NCBI RefSeq assembly: GCF_001194135.2
Contig: NC_068982.1
Span: 141,613,420 to 141,666,445, forward strand
Source: Octopus bimaculoides
Lineage: Eukaryota
DNA: 53,026 nt
Direction: 5' to 3'
This document shows positions 26,105-38,118 of the stretch, piece by piece; the stretch's first letter is position 1, and each line of letters starts with the position of its first letter. The translations under genes and the position numbers were made by a program. The notes below the pieces were generated by a model, which was given only the letters and a program-made list of their open reading frames with translations, was not told the origin of the DNA and ran no database searches.

Positions 26105-27639
26105 NNNNNNNNNNNNNNNNNNNNNNNNNNNNNNNNNNNNNNNNNNNNNNNNNNNNNNNNNNNNNNNNNNNNNNNNNNNNNNNNNNNNNNNNNNNNNNNN
26201 NNNNNNNNNNNNNNNNNNNNNNNNNNNNNNNNNNNNNNNNNNNNNNNNNNNNNNNNNNNNNNNNNNNNNNNNNNNNNNNNNNNNNNNNNNNNNNNNNNNN
26301 NNNNNNNNNNNNNNNNNNNNNNNNNNNNNNNNNNNNNNNNNNNNNNNNNNNNNNNNNNNNNNNNNNNNNNNNNNNNNNNNNNNNNNNNNNNNNNNNNNNN
26401 NNNNNNNNNNNNNNNNNNNNNNNNNNNNNNNNNNNNNNNNNNNNNNNNNNNNNNNNNNNNNNNNNNNNNNNNNNNNNNNNNNNNNNNNNNNNNNNNNNNN
26501 NNNNNNNNNNNNNNNNNNNNNNNNNNNNNNNNNNNNNNNNNNNNNNNNNNNNNNNNNNNNNNNNNNNNNNNNNNNNNNNNNNNNNNNNNNNNNNNNNNNN
26601 NNNNNNNNNNNNNNNNNNNNNNNNNNNNNNNNNNNNNNNNNNNNNNNNNNNNNNNNNNNNNNNNNNNNNNNNNNNNNNNNNNNNNNNNNNNNNNNNNNNN
26701 NNNNNNNNNNNNNNNNNNNNNNNNNNNNNNNNNNNNNNNNNNNNNNNNNNNNNNNNNNNNNNNNNNNNNNNNNNNNNNNNNNNNNNNNNNNNNNNNNNNN
26801 NNNNNNNNNNNNNNNNNNNNNNNNNNNNNNNNNNNNNNNNNNNNNNNNNNNNNNNNATATATGCATATATATATCAATATATATATATATATCTACATAC
26901 ATACATACATACATATATATAATATATATATACCTACCACATATATTTACATATATGTATATATATATATGTATGTATTTATTCATATGTGGGTGAGTGT
27001 GTGTGTGTGTATGTGTGTGTGTAGTGTGTGCTTATGCCTGCGTCTTTGTGCGTGTAAATGTAAATGTAGGGAGATATAGTATCTTTCAGATAACATGACA
27101 AAATTTTGTGTCTTTGATGTATTTAAATATCAGTAAAATATCATTTTGGCAAGTTTTATATTTCGGGAAGGCAGAAATAGAACACGTTAAGCGGAATAAT
27201 ATTTTTACTGTCGTGTTGGGTAAACATGACGTTATATATGAAAATGCATAAAACGTGGATAGGAACAGTGCTATCTTGTAAAGTTATACTAAACTTATAC
27301 TCTGGTTACATAAGCAAAATATTACAACTGTTGATATAATCGAAAGTTAGAATTGCGAAAAGGGAATTCGATCTTGAGGAAATTATATCTCCGAATATAC
27401 CTGATCTGACGAAGCTACTAAAAGCCCAGCAGATATCACCTTGGCAATTTTGAGATCAGATATCATCCTGGTTTCGAAGTCAAGACAAGCTAATCCTTGG
27501 CAGTTAAGCGTGCCTTGAGAAAGAGAGAGAGTGTGTGATTATGTATCAGAACCTGGTTGAGAATCCAGACCAAGATGAATGAAGAATATTGTGTTTGCTT
27601 GTGAAATTTCGAACTCAAATTTCCACTAATCGTACTCTG

Positions 27640-28200
27640 AGTAATGGTCTATGGAACCTTGGACATGATAGGAAATGGCAAAAGAACTATGGAAAAGTAC
27701 TTTAAGACTATGGGAAACCACACAGGGTATTCCAGGTAAAAAGAGCAAATAGATGGAAACAGTATTCTGCCATTTAGATGTGACCCTATTCTTGATTAAT
27801 TGACGCCAATTCCATGAATGAGGATGAAAGCTGTGTGACGCGTAAGTTTCAGTTATTCTAGAATATAACACTTATGATGTACGCTTAAATATATCCCATA
27901 ACTAAAATACAGATTTTTGAAACACAAATTCAAGAAGTCTAGGCATAATAATATGTGATGTATGTCAACTCTTATGCTTGAATATTATCGAGTCACAGAG
28001 TTGAAAGACAGGGTTAACCGCAGTAGGATTTCAACTTGAAACGCACAGATCAGAAATATCGCAAGGCGTATTCCCCGGCGATTCAACAATTCTACGAAGT
28101 CATCATCATTCTGTAATATACAATATTCTTCGTATATATGAAACAGGCTAGAACCCTGTCGAACCTGATGTTTAACTGGTATTTTATCTTTTAGATCATA
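27640..28200 (-). pseudogene. Decayed LINE reverse-transcriptase fragments (CR1/L2-like)
   Basis: IPVKHQVRQGSSLFHIY...LQNDDDFV resembles the GVRQG and YADD motifs; downstream RILFPSICSFYLEYPVWFP resembles LYKxLVRPHLEYxVxFWSP. Confidence 0.5.
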
Positions 28201-28964
28201 CAATGGTTGTTTAAATAATATATATTTGTCGTTCTAAAGATGTTTCCACTCACCATCTCTACCTTGATATTTAATAATAGTGGATGATTGTCAAAGTTAT
28301 ATCGAACATTTAACACATGCTCAGTGACCTGGAAGTTAATTTCCATTCCTTAATTCAGCTCCGTGAGGATTTTTGTATGGGATTCTGTTAATTAATTATG
28401 CTTTACGTTTTTATTAAATAGATTAATATTTCACCTGCCAAACTTTTCTAATCTAAATGCCAGAAAAGATAATTCTGAAAGCATTTGTTAATTTTTACAA
28501 CTGAAAGTAATGGAACAGAAAGAAAAAAAAGCTAAACAAAGAAAGAAATCAAAACATCCAAAGAAGATTTTAAAATCTGTAAATGTACACGAAAAACTGG
28601 ATAGGAAATTAATTAGGCTATTTAAATTATAGAATGTTTAGAATATTAAATATAATAGATACAACACTATACAATGTTTAGTTGAAACAATTTTGAGAGG
28701 AATGACTCTGTTTTACAGAAATAATTGTTACAGTCTACAATATATGAGTGTAATTTGAGGAGGAAAGAATTTGGAAACTTGTTATTGAACGTCCTTTAAC
28801 GCTTATGCCTGCAATATTCAAAGAGTAAACAAAAAAAAAACTGTAATTCCTTCCTCGGTTTCTTAGAGATGGCCGTAACAATTACCTCACTTCGTAGTAT
28901 AACGTCGTAAAAAACCCCAACATAATGAGTTATAGACAACAGCAATACGAACAATCTCAACATT

Positions 28965-29298
28965 AACAAGAGCACTCACAGAACGCAAACCTCCGCCAAG
29001 GCAACACTAACGCCCTCTAAACGATTAGCTGGAGATGATTTTTAAAATGAGAATATCTAGAATAAACTCGATTGTTCTCACAAACGAAAATACTAAAATT
29101 AAGTAAAAGCAAAACGGAAAAAATAATCCAATATCCTTGGCGGGTACCAGATCGATCTAATGAGTTCGTGTCAGTCACGAAGCCAAAGATCTCTGAAAGT
29201 TTCATCTGCATCCATCCAGCGGTTCTTGAAATATCTTGTCCACGGTCAAACAAACAAACAAACAATACCTACGCTTTCGCTAAGACGGAGATAATAAC
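28965..29298 (+). mobile_element. Non-autonomous element, HINE/Helentron-like
   Basis: Starts AACAAGAGCACTC with subterminal ACCTCCGCC (28989-28997); its imperfect inverse GACGGAGAT (29284-29292) lies near the 3' end; internal (CAAA)n; T/A-rich flanks. Family assignment is inference. Confidence 0.5.
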
Positions 29299-29507
29299 TG
29301 CCACAGAAATGGTGGCGGTAATTACACCAACTGCACATGCATAATTGTTACCGATGTGCAGACTTGTAATTTTACTTCAACCGATCTTGCTTGTAACATG
29401 GGGACATTTTCTTCGCACGAAACTGCGACCTGGTCACTGACAATGGCTATATGCAGTGGAGTTAGCTTGTCAGTGACCTGGCAGCAGTTTCGAGTGACGA
29501 AAACGTT

Positions 29508-29573
29508 TAACTGAAGTTAATAGTCTTTGTGTAACTGAAGTTAATAGTTTTTGCGTAACTGAAGTTAATAGCT
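29508..29573. repeat. 24-bp tandem repeat, about 2.7 copies
   Basis: Unit TAACTGAAGTTAATAGT(C/T)TTTG(T/C)G, read directly. Confidence 0.85.
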
Positions 29574-30129
29574 AATATGTGTTTTCCACGTTGCTATTAT
29601 TTTAGCTTCTACGCGCGGTCTCATATTAAATCCCTTGCTTGGCAAATATACTTCCTTATAGCACTTATTCCCAATATTGCTTTGTTTTATTCTTAATCTG
29701 CTGCCACTGTTTGTGTTGTTTATAGTGCGATGTTTAGTTCCTAGAATTAGCAGTTGGCACATGAGAAGTGCCTAGGCTATGAACAAGTACCACTAAATTG
29801 TTGTACCAATAAATTATTTGGTACGATGTAATAGTCCAACATCTTCCCCTCAAATTTCCTGTACCTATACCTAAATATTAAACAATAACAGAGAGAGAGA
29901 GAGAGAGAGATCGACTACATATAAGCTATGTCGTTGACCTTAGAATATGTGGCTTGTCTAGAAGCGACTATAAAGATGTTTCTTATGGGATAGTAGTGAG
30001 ATGAATAAAATATAGTATAATAGCACAGAACCAACAAAAAAGTCACTAAGCGGTCGTTCAAGCTGCTACGGACAATAGCTAAGTCACCATCGGTATCATT
30101 TTGTTTCTAAATGTCTTGAAAAGTATTGA

Positions 30130-30339
30130 TTTTAAATTTTGGCACAAGGCCAGCAATATTAGGACATGAGGTAAGTCGATTTCATCGATCGTAGTACTCA
30201 ACTACTACTTATTTATCGACCACGAAAGGGTGAAAAAACGAAGTCAACATAAGCGGTATTTGAACTCAGATGGGAGAGTTGGAAGAAATGCAGCTAAGCA
30301 TTATTCCCAGCACTCTAACGATTATGCCAGCTCGCCGCT
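30130..30339 (-). mobile_element. SINE family A copy
   Basis: GGCACAAGGCCAGC...TTTATCGACCACGAAAGG...ATTTGAACTCAG...GCCAGCTCGCCGC. Confidence 0.8.
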
Positions 30340-31351
30340 CTATTTCTTTGCAAAATATTTTTTGCAGAATTCTCATTGTTGAAAGCTGTTCTCCAAAATA
30401 TGTGGAACCATGGAACATTTAAAATCGCTAGAACACATTGAAGAAGTGTGATAAAACAAATTATTTGATATCTATTTTGATAAATTCGATTTTAATATAA
30501 TACAGAGGTGTGAAATTTGCATGTATTAATCGAAAATGTAACTCTGGGAGATATACTTCATGAGTTTGTCGCTAGTTGGATAATATCTTAACAAAGTGGC
30601 TCTTATCGATCACCATCAAGTTATTTTTTATTAATCCAGGAATATGATACATAAATAAAAATAAATTCACTGTTATAAATATGTTATATTTCTAGGCAGA
30701 ACAACTGTAAACAGCAGTCCTCCGTTACTCTACTCATTATTCATTTCAAAAGTGGATGCATTTCATGACAATACCTATACAAAGGTGACTTGCAATTTAT
30801 GGTTTTCGCACCTGCTTTATCTTATCATTCTAGAAAAGACGTCATCAATAGCAAAGCAAGTATTACGTCAAAATAAATATTGTTTCCTGAAATAACTTCC
30901 ACTTCTAAGTTCAGATGGTTATGGATTGGATGTTCGTTTCCATTAGCCGAAGGGCAAATGCTTAATACATTCATTTTTATCTAAACCGCCATAAAAATAG
31001 AGAAAACGAGTCCCTAGATTCACATGACGTGTTTTTGTATTATAATTTTCCCTTTTGTTGGTGGATTTGATGTTATAGAAATTTTACGATATTCACCATC
31101 CGGATTTTATTATTTTTCAACACGATTGCCGTTTTTGGTGCTACGCTAACTGGTTCGAAGCCCATTTCCTCGACTTATGTAATTCTTATATCCTCAGTGT
31201 TTACATATTTAACAACATGTATCTCTTCTCTTGGATATATTCAATGGAATATACGTGTGTATACGCTTACTTTATCAACGTCCACATATCTCTACTAATA
31301 TTAATCGCGAAATCCATGCTTTCAATTTCATTGCAGAAAGTTCAGTATTCT

Positions 31352-31761
31352 CTTATTTTTTTACTTACTTTAGTTATTTGACGGCGGCCATGCTGGATCA
31401 CCACCTTTAGTCCAATAAATCACCACAGGACTTATTCTCTGTAAGCCTAGTACTTATTCTACCGGTCTCATTGACGAACCGCTATGTGACAGGGACGTAA
31501 ACACACCAACATCCGTTGTCAAGCGATGATAGCGGGACAAACACAGACACAAGTAACAAACACATGCATACAGATAAATAAATATATATATATAAGATAT
31601 ATATATATAGATATATACTACGGGCTTCTTTCAGTTTCCGTCTACCACAATCCACTCAAGGCTATAGTAGAAGACACTTGCCCAAGGTGCCAAGCAGTGG
31701 GACTGAACCAAGAACCATGTGGTTGGGAAGCAAGCTGCTTACCACACAACCACTCCTGCGC
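31352..31761 (-). mobile_element. SINE family C, full length
   Basis: Reverse complement has head GCGCAGGAGTGGTTGTGTGGTAAG, B-box-like GGTTCAGTCCC, CORE-like CACCTTGGGCAAGTGTCTTCT, internal (TA)n and the family C tail. Confidence 0.85.
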
Positions 31762-31839
31762 TGTACATCGAAATGATTCAAAAGACCACCTGGTTATTTG
31801 CTGTTAGAGGGAGAGTTTGAAACATTCGAACTAGGTATA

Positions 31840-32090
31840 CTTTTTTACTCTTTTACGTGTTTCAGTCATTTCACTGCGGCCATGCTGGAGCACCGCCTTT
31901 TAGCCCATCAAATCGACCCCAGGACTTATTCCTTGTAAGCCTATTACTTATTCTATCTGTTTCTTTTGCCGAACCACTAGATTACGGGGACGTAAACACA
32001 CCAGCACCGGTTGTCAAGCGATGTTGGGGGCACAAACACAGGCACACAAACATAAACATACACATACTCATATGTCCACATATATACGAC
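31840..32090 (-). mobile_element. SINE family C, 5'-truncated
   Basis: GCGGCCATGCTGGAGCACCGCC...ATCGACCCCAGGACTTATTC...GACGTAAACACACCAGCACCGGTTGTCAAGCGATG; ends at the internal microsatellite. Confidence 0.85.
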
Positions 32091-32434
32091 GTGCTGTTCT
32101 CTCTTTATTTTCTCCTCCTGTCGTTTTTGAAAAGAAATAATGCGTAAGCAAATCCAGCGAAAGCTGAACATCAGCTCTCAAAAAGGCTGATACACGCTGT
32201 ATATCATGCCATCAGTTGTTACTAGTTCAAAGCCACACAGGTCAGACGGACATATGTATGCAATTTAAACTCCTGTTTCGCATGCTCCCTCTTAGCTAAA
32301 CCTTAGTAGTGTCGATATTTTGGTAAATGCACCGGGTCACTCCAATTCATTAGATAGAGCTGTTTTCAGATAAAAACTAAAGGGGGTATCTATAATTTAT
32401 TCTACTCCTTCCGCGACCTCTTCTCCTTCTTCTT

Positions 32435-32437
32435 CTT

Positions 32438-32511
<74 letters not shown>

Positions 32512-32675
32512 CATTATTATTATTATTATCATTATTATTATTATTATTAATATTATTATTAATAATAATAATCTCATCTTCCTCCACACCCTAACCATCT
32601 TCCTTCTCCCCCTCCTCCTCCTCCTCCTCCTTCTTCTTCTTCTTCTTCTTCTTCTTCTTCTTCTTCTTCTTCGTC
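32435..32675. repeat. (ATT)n, (CTC)n and (CTT)n microsatellites
   Basis: Direct reading; explains the poly-I and poly-N ORFs. A similar (AAT)n tract lies at about 50850-50990. Confidence 0.95.
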
Positions 32676-32949
32676 ATGATTGTTTACTTCTTCTTCGTCA
32701 TGATTGTTTACTTCTATTTTTTGCTTTATATTTCGAACCTGATAAACACTTCCTCGTCACAGATGCACCGTGCCAACCGCAATTCATAACATTGTACAGC
32801 CTTAAGGTCCCAACAGACATAGAACGCTTTGCTTACGATAGTCAAATTCAAGAAACAGCAAAGCCACACTAGTTGAAATTCATTACATGTCATTGTACAC
32901 AGTGCTTAATTGTATTGCCCAACCCCAGCTCACTCGGAAGACGCCGAGC

Positions 32950-33143
32950 GGACAACATCCTAAGTACATCAGACAAAACACTTAGTGGTGTTTCATCCGG
33001 GAACTCATTTTAACTCCTAGACAGGCTGCATCTGCCTTTCATCTCTTCGGTGTCGATAAACTGAAGTACCAGTCTAGTGTAGAGGCATGGATTACATCCC
33101 CGATCGCCCTGAAAATTGCAGTGTTTATGCCAAAATTAAATGT
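32950..33143 (+). mobile_element. Degraded SINE family A copy
   Basis: TGCCTTTCATCTCTTCGGTGTCGATAAACTGAAGTACCAG body. Confidence 0.6.
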
Positions 33144-33294
33144 ATTTGTGCCAGAGAGTTACTGTTTTTAATTTTTACGTTTTTGTGATAGGCACAGAAT
33201 GGTTGTGTACTAAGAAGCGGAGTATCTTGAGCAAGTATCTTCAAACTTAGCCCGGAGTCAGACAAAGTGTTTTCAGAGAAAAATGGGACACGCA

Positions 33295-33548
33295 AACCAT
33301 GTGGAAACCCAACGTATATGTACACACGTGTGTGTTTTTGCATGTGTGTGTGTGTGTTATTCGCCACTGTTTGATAACAGATCCTGGACAGTTTACGCCT
33401 CTGTACTCTAGTAGTTCGGCATAGAATCCTGGTAGAATAAGTACAAGACCTTAACAAAAATTATAATACTGACGCTGATTTGATAGATTAACGTGCTTCA
33501 GCATGTTTCCCGAAGATGGTCGCAATCCAATGACTAAATCAAGTAAAA
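33295..33548 (+). mobile_element. Degraded 3' half of SINE family C
   Basis: GTTTACGCCTCTGTACTCTAGTAGTTCGGC...GGTAGAATAAGTAC...ATGGTCGCAATCCAATGACTAAATCAAGTAAAA. Confidence 0.55.
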
Positions 33549-33602
33549 AATATATGTTAAGTAATATAAAAGTTCAACACAATAAAATAACGCCGATTAT
33601 AT

Positions 33603-33774
33603 TTAAATCGTTTCTTCCATTTTGACTATCTCACGCTTCTCTTCGGCTGAAAAGAGCTGACTAAATATTCTAAACTGAAAAGAAAACCATAGAAATTTTG
33701 GTAATACATAAATGACAGTAAAACTTACCCACTGGTAATATTTTTCAAGAAGACATTTTTGAAATATTTCTCTG
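33603..33774 (-). CDS. Candidate pair of small host exons (33729-33774 and terminal 33603-33674), product unknown
   Basis: Acceptor TTTTAATTTGTTTTGTAG; donor TGG|GTAAGT; 54-nt intron ending GGTTTTCTTTTCAG; spliced frame REIFQKCLLEKYYQW-FRIFSQLFSAEEKREIVKMEETI*. No homology recognised. Confidence 0.25.
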
Positions 33775-34220
33775 CTACAAAACAAATTAAAACAAATAAA
33801 TACGTGTATGAATTGGTGGTTCCTTATTTGTATATATACGAGTTTCGTTCGGCGTAGCTATACGTTTGTTGGTAAGCATATGTTTGATGCACGTGCTTGA
33901 TATATTGTAGACATGTGGATGGAAATGTCGAGGAACTTAGCATTCAATGAATCAAAGACATTTGGTACAACAAAGCTGATATATTGATGAATAAAATGTG
34001 TCACAAACATAAAGATTAATGTTTGCTATCTTTCAATGGAGGATTTGCACGAGACAAGATGTATGTGTTATACATTGTATTTCTGTACACAAGGATTACA
34101 CATATCATTTGTAAAAGACTATGGGAGTTATACATAAATGCATTGTGTATTATGTGTATATATATATATTTATATATATATATACATATACATACATATA
34201 TACATGCATATACATATACA

Positions 34221-34272
<52 letters not shown>

Positions 34273-34643
34273 TATATACATACATACATACATACACACA
34301 TACATACATACATACATATGAGCATTGTGTTAGGGGTTATTTCAAATTATACAAACAAACACACCCACACGTACACGACGCAAAGAAATCAGATATACAA
34401 AATGTGATAATAGTAAAGGTGATTACTCATAAAAGTACGAACTAAATATGGTAACTGAATGAAAATTCAAGTAAACACATTTAATATTGTCTGGCTGTAC
34501 AGGCTTCTGAAGTAAGACCATGAATATTTTCATCATTGTTGGTGTTGTTGGCGTTGTTGTTATTGGTGTTGTTGTTTTCATATGAACTCAGCAGATTAGA
34601 CTGTTGGAAAAAAAACAGTCCTAACATCGGGCTACAAGTAAAC

Positions 34644-35200
34644 TCAAACGACAAGAACTTTTCTAATTATCCTAGCTGTCCCTAAACAACACTGTTTTCT
34701 GGAGCTGTACTAAACTGAGTTTAATGCCAATTTCATGTATCCTTCAGTTCAGATCTTTAGAGATAGTTCCCAATTGACCTATAGCTACTGGGATACATTT
34801 TACCCACCCTTTCTATAGTCTCTGTAATTCAATGGCTAGGTCCTGGTACTTTGTATTGATTTTTTTATCATTTAGGATTGTAAACTCAGTTATCTGGTAC
34901 TTTCTATTCTCTTTACCTACTACCACCAAATCAGGCCTTGTGGCTTCTATTATTCTTATTATTTTTTCTTTGTCACAGGTTTTGTTGGTACACAGGCAGC
35001 GCCGAGCGTCTTGGTTGTTTAATTTGACAAAATGTCCCATATATAATCAAAGCATCATTCAATGCTATTATACGGACCCCCCCAAAATGCTTACCTCAAC
35101 ATGCCTGTATTTTGCATTTGATCAAACGTCTATGTCAAGGGGAGAAATGTTGATCCTACACAATCTTCCAAGGCTTTCCTTTCCTACAGTGATATATTCA
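34644..35200 (-). pseudogene. Restriction-like endonuclease (RLE) C-terminus of an R4/Dong-type non-LTR retrotransposon, decayed
   Basis: RPDLVVVGKENRKYQITEFTILNDKKINTKYQDLAIELQRL*KGWVKCIPVAIGQLGTISKDLN*RIHEIGIKLSLVQLQKTVLFRTARIIRKVL matches RPD..V.D.....KxEKYQDL..E..RLW....V.P.VIGALG...LQK..L.GTARI.RKVL. Confidence 0.85.
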
Positions 35201-35924
35201 AATAAAGATTCCCCTTGTTTAATGTTTCATGTACAAACATGTTTGTGGAAAATAATCAGTCGAGATCATTGTCTTATCATTTCCCTTTTTCTTATTTTTT
35301 TTAAACAAAATTAATCCTAGATTTTTTCTGAAACAAGATAAATCCTAGATTTTTTGTTTTTCCAATGTTTTTACATACACCTTTATGGTATTTTATAGTT
35401 TACATGTTTAAGCAGTCGTATTCTACATACTGTCGAATAACTAAGAAAATATTCTCGAAATGTAGTTTGTCTTTAAATATGAGAAAAAGAAGGAAAGACA
35501 GAAAAGTCTGAAATCCTCGAACCGATTGCGCGCTGTTTTACAAAATTAGAAATCTAGATATTGCGAAACTTACCACAATTTTCTCCATCAGTCGAATACA
35601 ACGATACAAATTTTCTTTAACAAGAGAAGCATCAGCGATAATATCTATTATTCTTTATTTAGTCACAAGACTAGCAATGATGTGTTGAGGCTAAATCGAA
35701 ATTATGGAGTCTAACGCAAGACTGGTAATTTCTAGATAAATAGATAAAAGGCTAAAATTACGCTCGCAGCGTTTGATAATAGAACATTGAAAATAACACA
35801 AAATAACTCTTTCGATGACCTGAAATTTCTTAATCTATCGCTTAGAGGTAGGTAAGTTCGCCATTTTCTTTATGAAAATCATATTAATCACTATAGAAAT
35901 AAGAATAAAACAGATTAATTAATG

Positions 35925-36693
35925 TTTTCTAACAGACCGATACTAGCAATTTTGAGGGGAGGAAAGATCGATTACATTGATCCTATTCAACTGATATTTA
36001 CATTATCAGCCCCCACCCCCAAAATGAGAAATGGTAAAGCCCACACCACCTGCATTTAAAATAAGAGCATTAAGAGCTGGAAGAAATATCGGTTTCAAAA
36101 TTATGGCACAAGGCCAGGACGTTCGTAAATGGGGAATAAGTCGATTACAACAACCCCAGTATTCAAGTGGTACTTACTTTGTTGATCCTGAAAGTATGAA
36201 AGGCAAAGTCGACCTCCGCGAAATTTAAACTCAGAACGTAAAGACGGTGAATTTGGCCCAAGAAGCTTCACGATTCTGCGGGATCACCATCTTTATAGCT
36301 GGTAGAAATATGCTTCCTACAACAGGCGCGAGCCCTGAAATTTTCGCGGGGGTGAAGGAGTAATTGGTTACATCGACTCTAGTGCTTGACTCATATTTAT
36401 TTCATCGTCCCTAAGAGATAAAAGTAAAATCGACCGTGGCGGAATTTGATCTCAGAACCTAATGACGGACGAAATGAAAGCTGGAAGAAATATCTATTTC
36501 AAATTATGATACATGATAAACAATTTCGGCGGAAGGAATAAGTCTATTAAATAGACTCGATTGTTCAATTGGTACTTATTTTATCGTCGTCCAAGTGACA
36601 AATAATAAAGTCGGCCTCCGCGGAATTTGGACTCAAAACGCATTCACGGAAGAAATATCGTCGGTCATTTTTTCCGGCACGTTAACAATTCCA
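35925..36693 (-). mobile_element. Cluster of four same-orientation SINE family A copies
   Basis: Copies at about 35925-36070, 36093-36292, 36315-36475 and 36498-36693, each with reverse-complement body motifs; the last three retain (G/T)CGACC/GGCC..GCGG/AAATTT..CTCA. Confidence 0.75.
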
Positions 36694-37879
36694 GGATATG
36701 AAGATCTAATTTTTCCGCGATACTAACCAAATGGAAGTGTAATTCATAAATAAATGAAGAAATAATGAAGTGAAATATAAGTTTGGTAAAAACAACAAAA
36801 AACATACGTTAGTGACAGTGATGAATAAATAAAATGAGGAAATTACAGAAAAGAAATGGAAAAATAATAAAGGATAATGGATGATTAATGATGAACTACA
36901 ATTAATTAAGTAATGAGGGCAAGAGTGTTGAAGGTGAGAAAAGCTATGATAGGGATGATGTTGGTAATAATAATGATTTCCATAATCCGCAAAAATATTT
37001 AATTATAAACTGGTACATTAAAAATACAATGAAAATATAAAAAGGGAATTAAAAAGATTGTTTATTACAATTATGAAAGAATGGATCTCATGATAATTTT
37101 CATATCGTTAAATTGTTATTGATACAAGGATATTAGAAGCAAAACATATTATTACAATTATTCAGAAGTTTATGTACAGAAAAAAATTGGGAAAATTGCA
37201 AGAACAATACAATTAAGCTACGTGATATATATATATGAATAAATATAACGATAACTGAAAGACAGTTGCCTGTATGGAAGGCGATGAGGATATACAATGT
37301 GAATTAGAAGAGGATAAGCTCAGCTGATATGCAGCGATATCTTTTTGTAAGATATCTGCCGGTTGAAGCTAGAGTCATGCTGGTATTTTAGATGGAGACA
37401 GTGTGTGTACATTTGCAAGTGGGAAAGTATGTGTTTGTGTTTATGTTACTTGGGCAATTGTCAGTCATAATAAACGTAAGATGTTGTAATGTGTGATGAG
37501 CATGATTGCGATCCTGTTTATATTAGGCTAATGGAATCCTAGGACATTTAAATTTTACACATGTTCTCCTTGCATGGAACATCGTTTTGCATGCGATATT
37601 AAATTAAATGTCGTTGATCGGTAAATCTTAAATGTTTCTTGCGCCCAAAATCTAAAATTCTTAGGTTTAGGTTTGCGACGATATTTTGGAGCGGCGTCGT
37701 GATTTGTCTCCACGTATACTTTGAAAAATAAGTTGACAGGCGGTCCATATTTCTAATGAGGATACTGGAAAACCATTCTTATTCAGGTATATATANNNNN
37801 NNNNNNNNNNNNNNNNNNNNNNNNNNNNNNNNNNNNNNNNNNNNNNNNNNNNNNNNNNNNATATATATATATATATATA

Positions 37880-38072
37880 AATTTGTGTGTGTGTATCTGT
37901 AACTACATGTGGATCGTTGACGATTTTTTGCCCCGTCCTCCTTTCCTCTTGGATTTTCCTCCATCTCCTGTTTCTGACGAAGAGCTTTCCTCGAAACGTA
38001 AAACTACCTTTCTTTCCTTCCTGGGCATCTGCAAATACTTTCCATGTACCACGTCCTCGCGTTGTTGTTTTT

Positions 38073-38075
<3 letters not shown>
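37880..38075 (+). mobile_element. PLE pLTR-like repeat between (TA)n tracts, carrying an HHR
   Basis: Pyrimidine-rich segment containing the HHR at 37970-38004; a related diverged copy lies on the minus strand at about 51610-51790. Confidence 0.6.
37970..38004 (+). ncRNA. Minimal type I hammerhead ribozyme with intact catalytic core
   Basis: GTTT-CTGACGA-A-GAG(CTTTC)CTC-GAAA-CG-T-A-AAAC: stem I GTTT/AAAC, stem II GAG/CTC, palindromic stem III ACGT, predicted cleavage after GTA (A38000). Confidence 0.75.
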
Positions 38076-38118
<43 letters not shown>

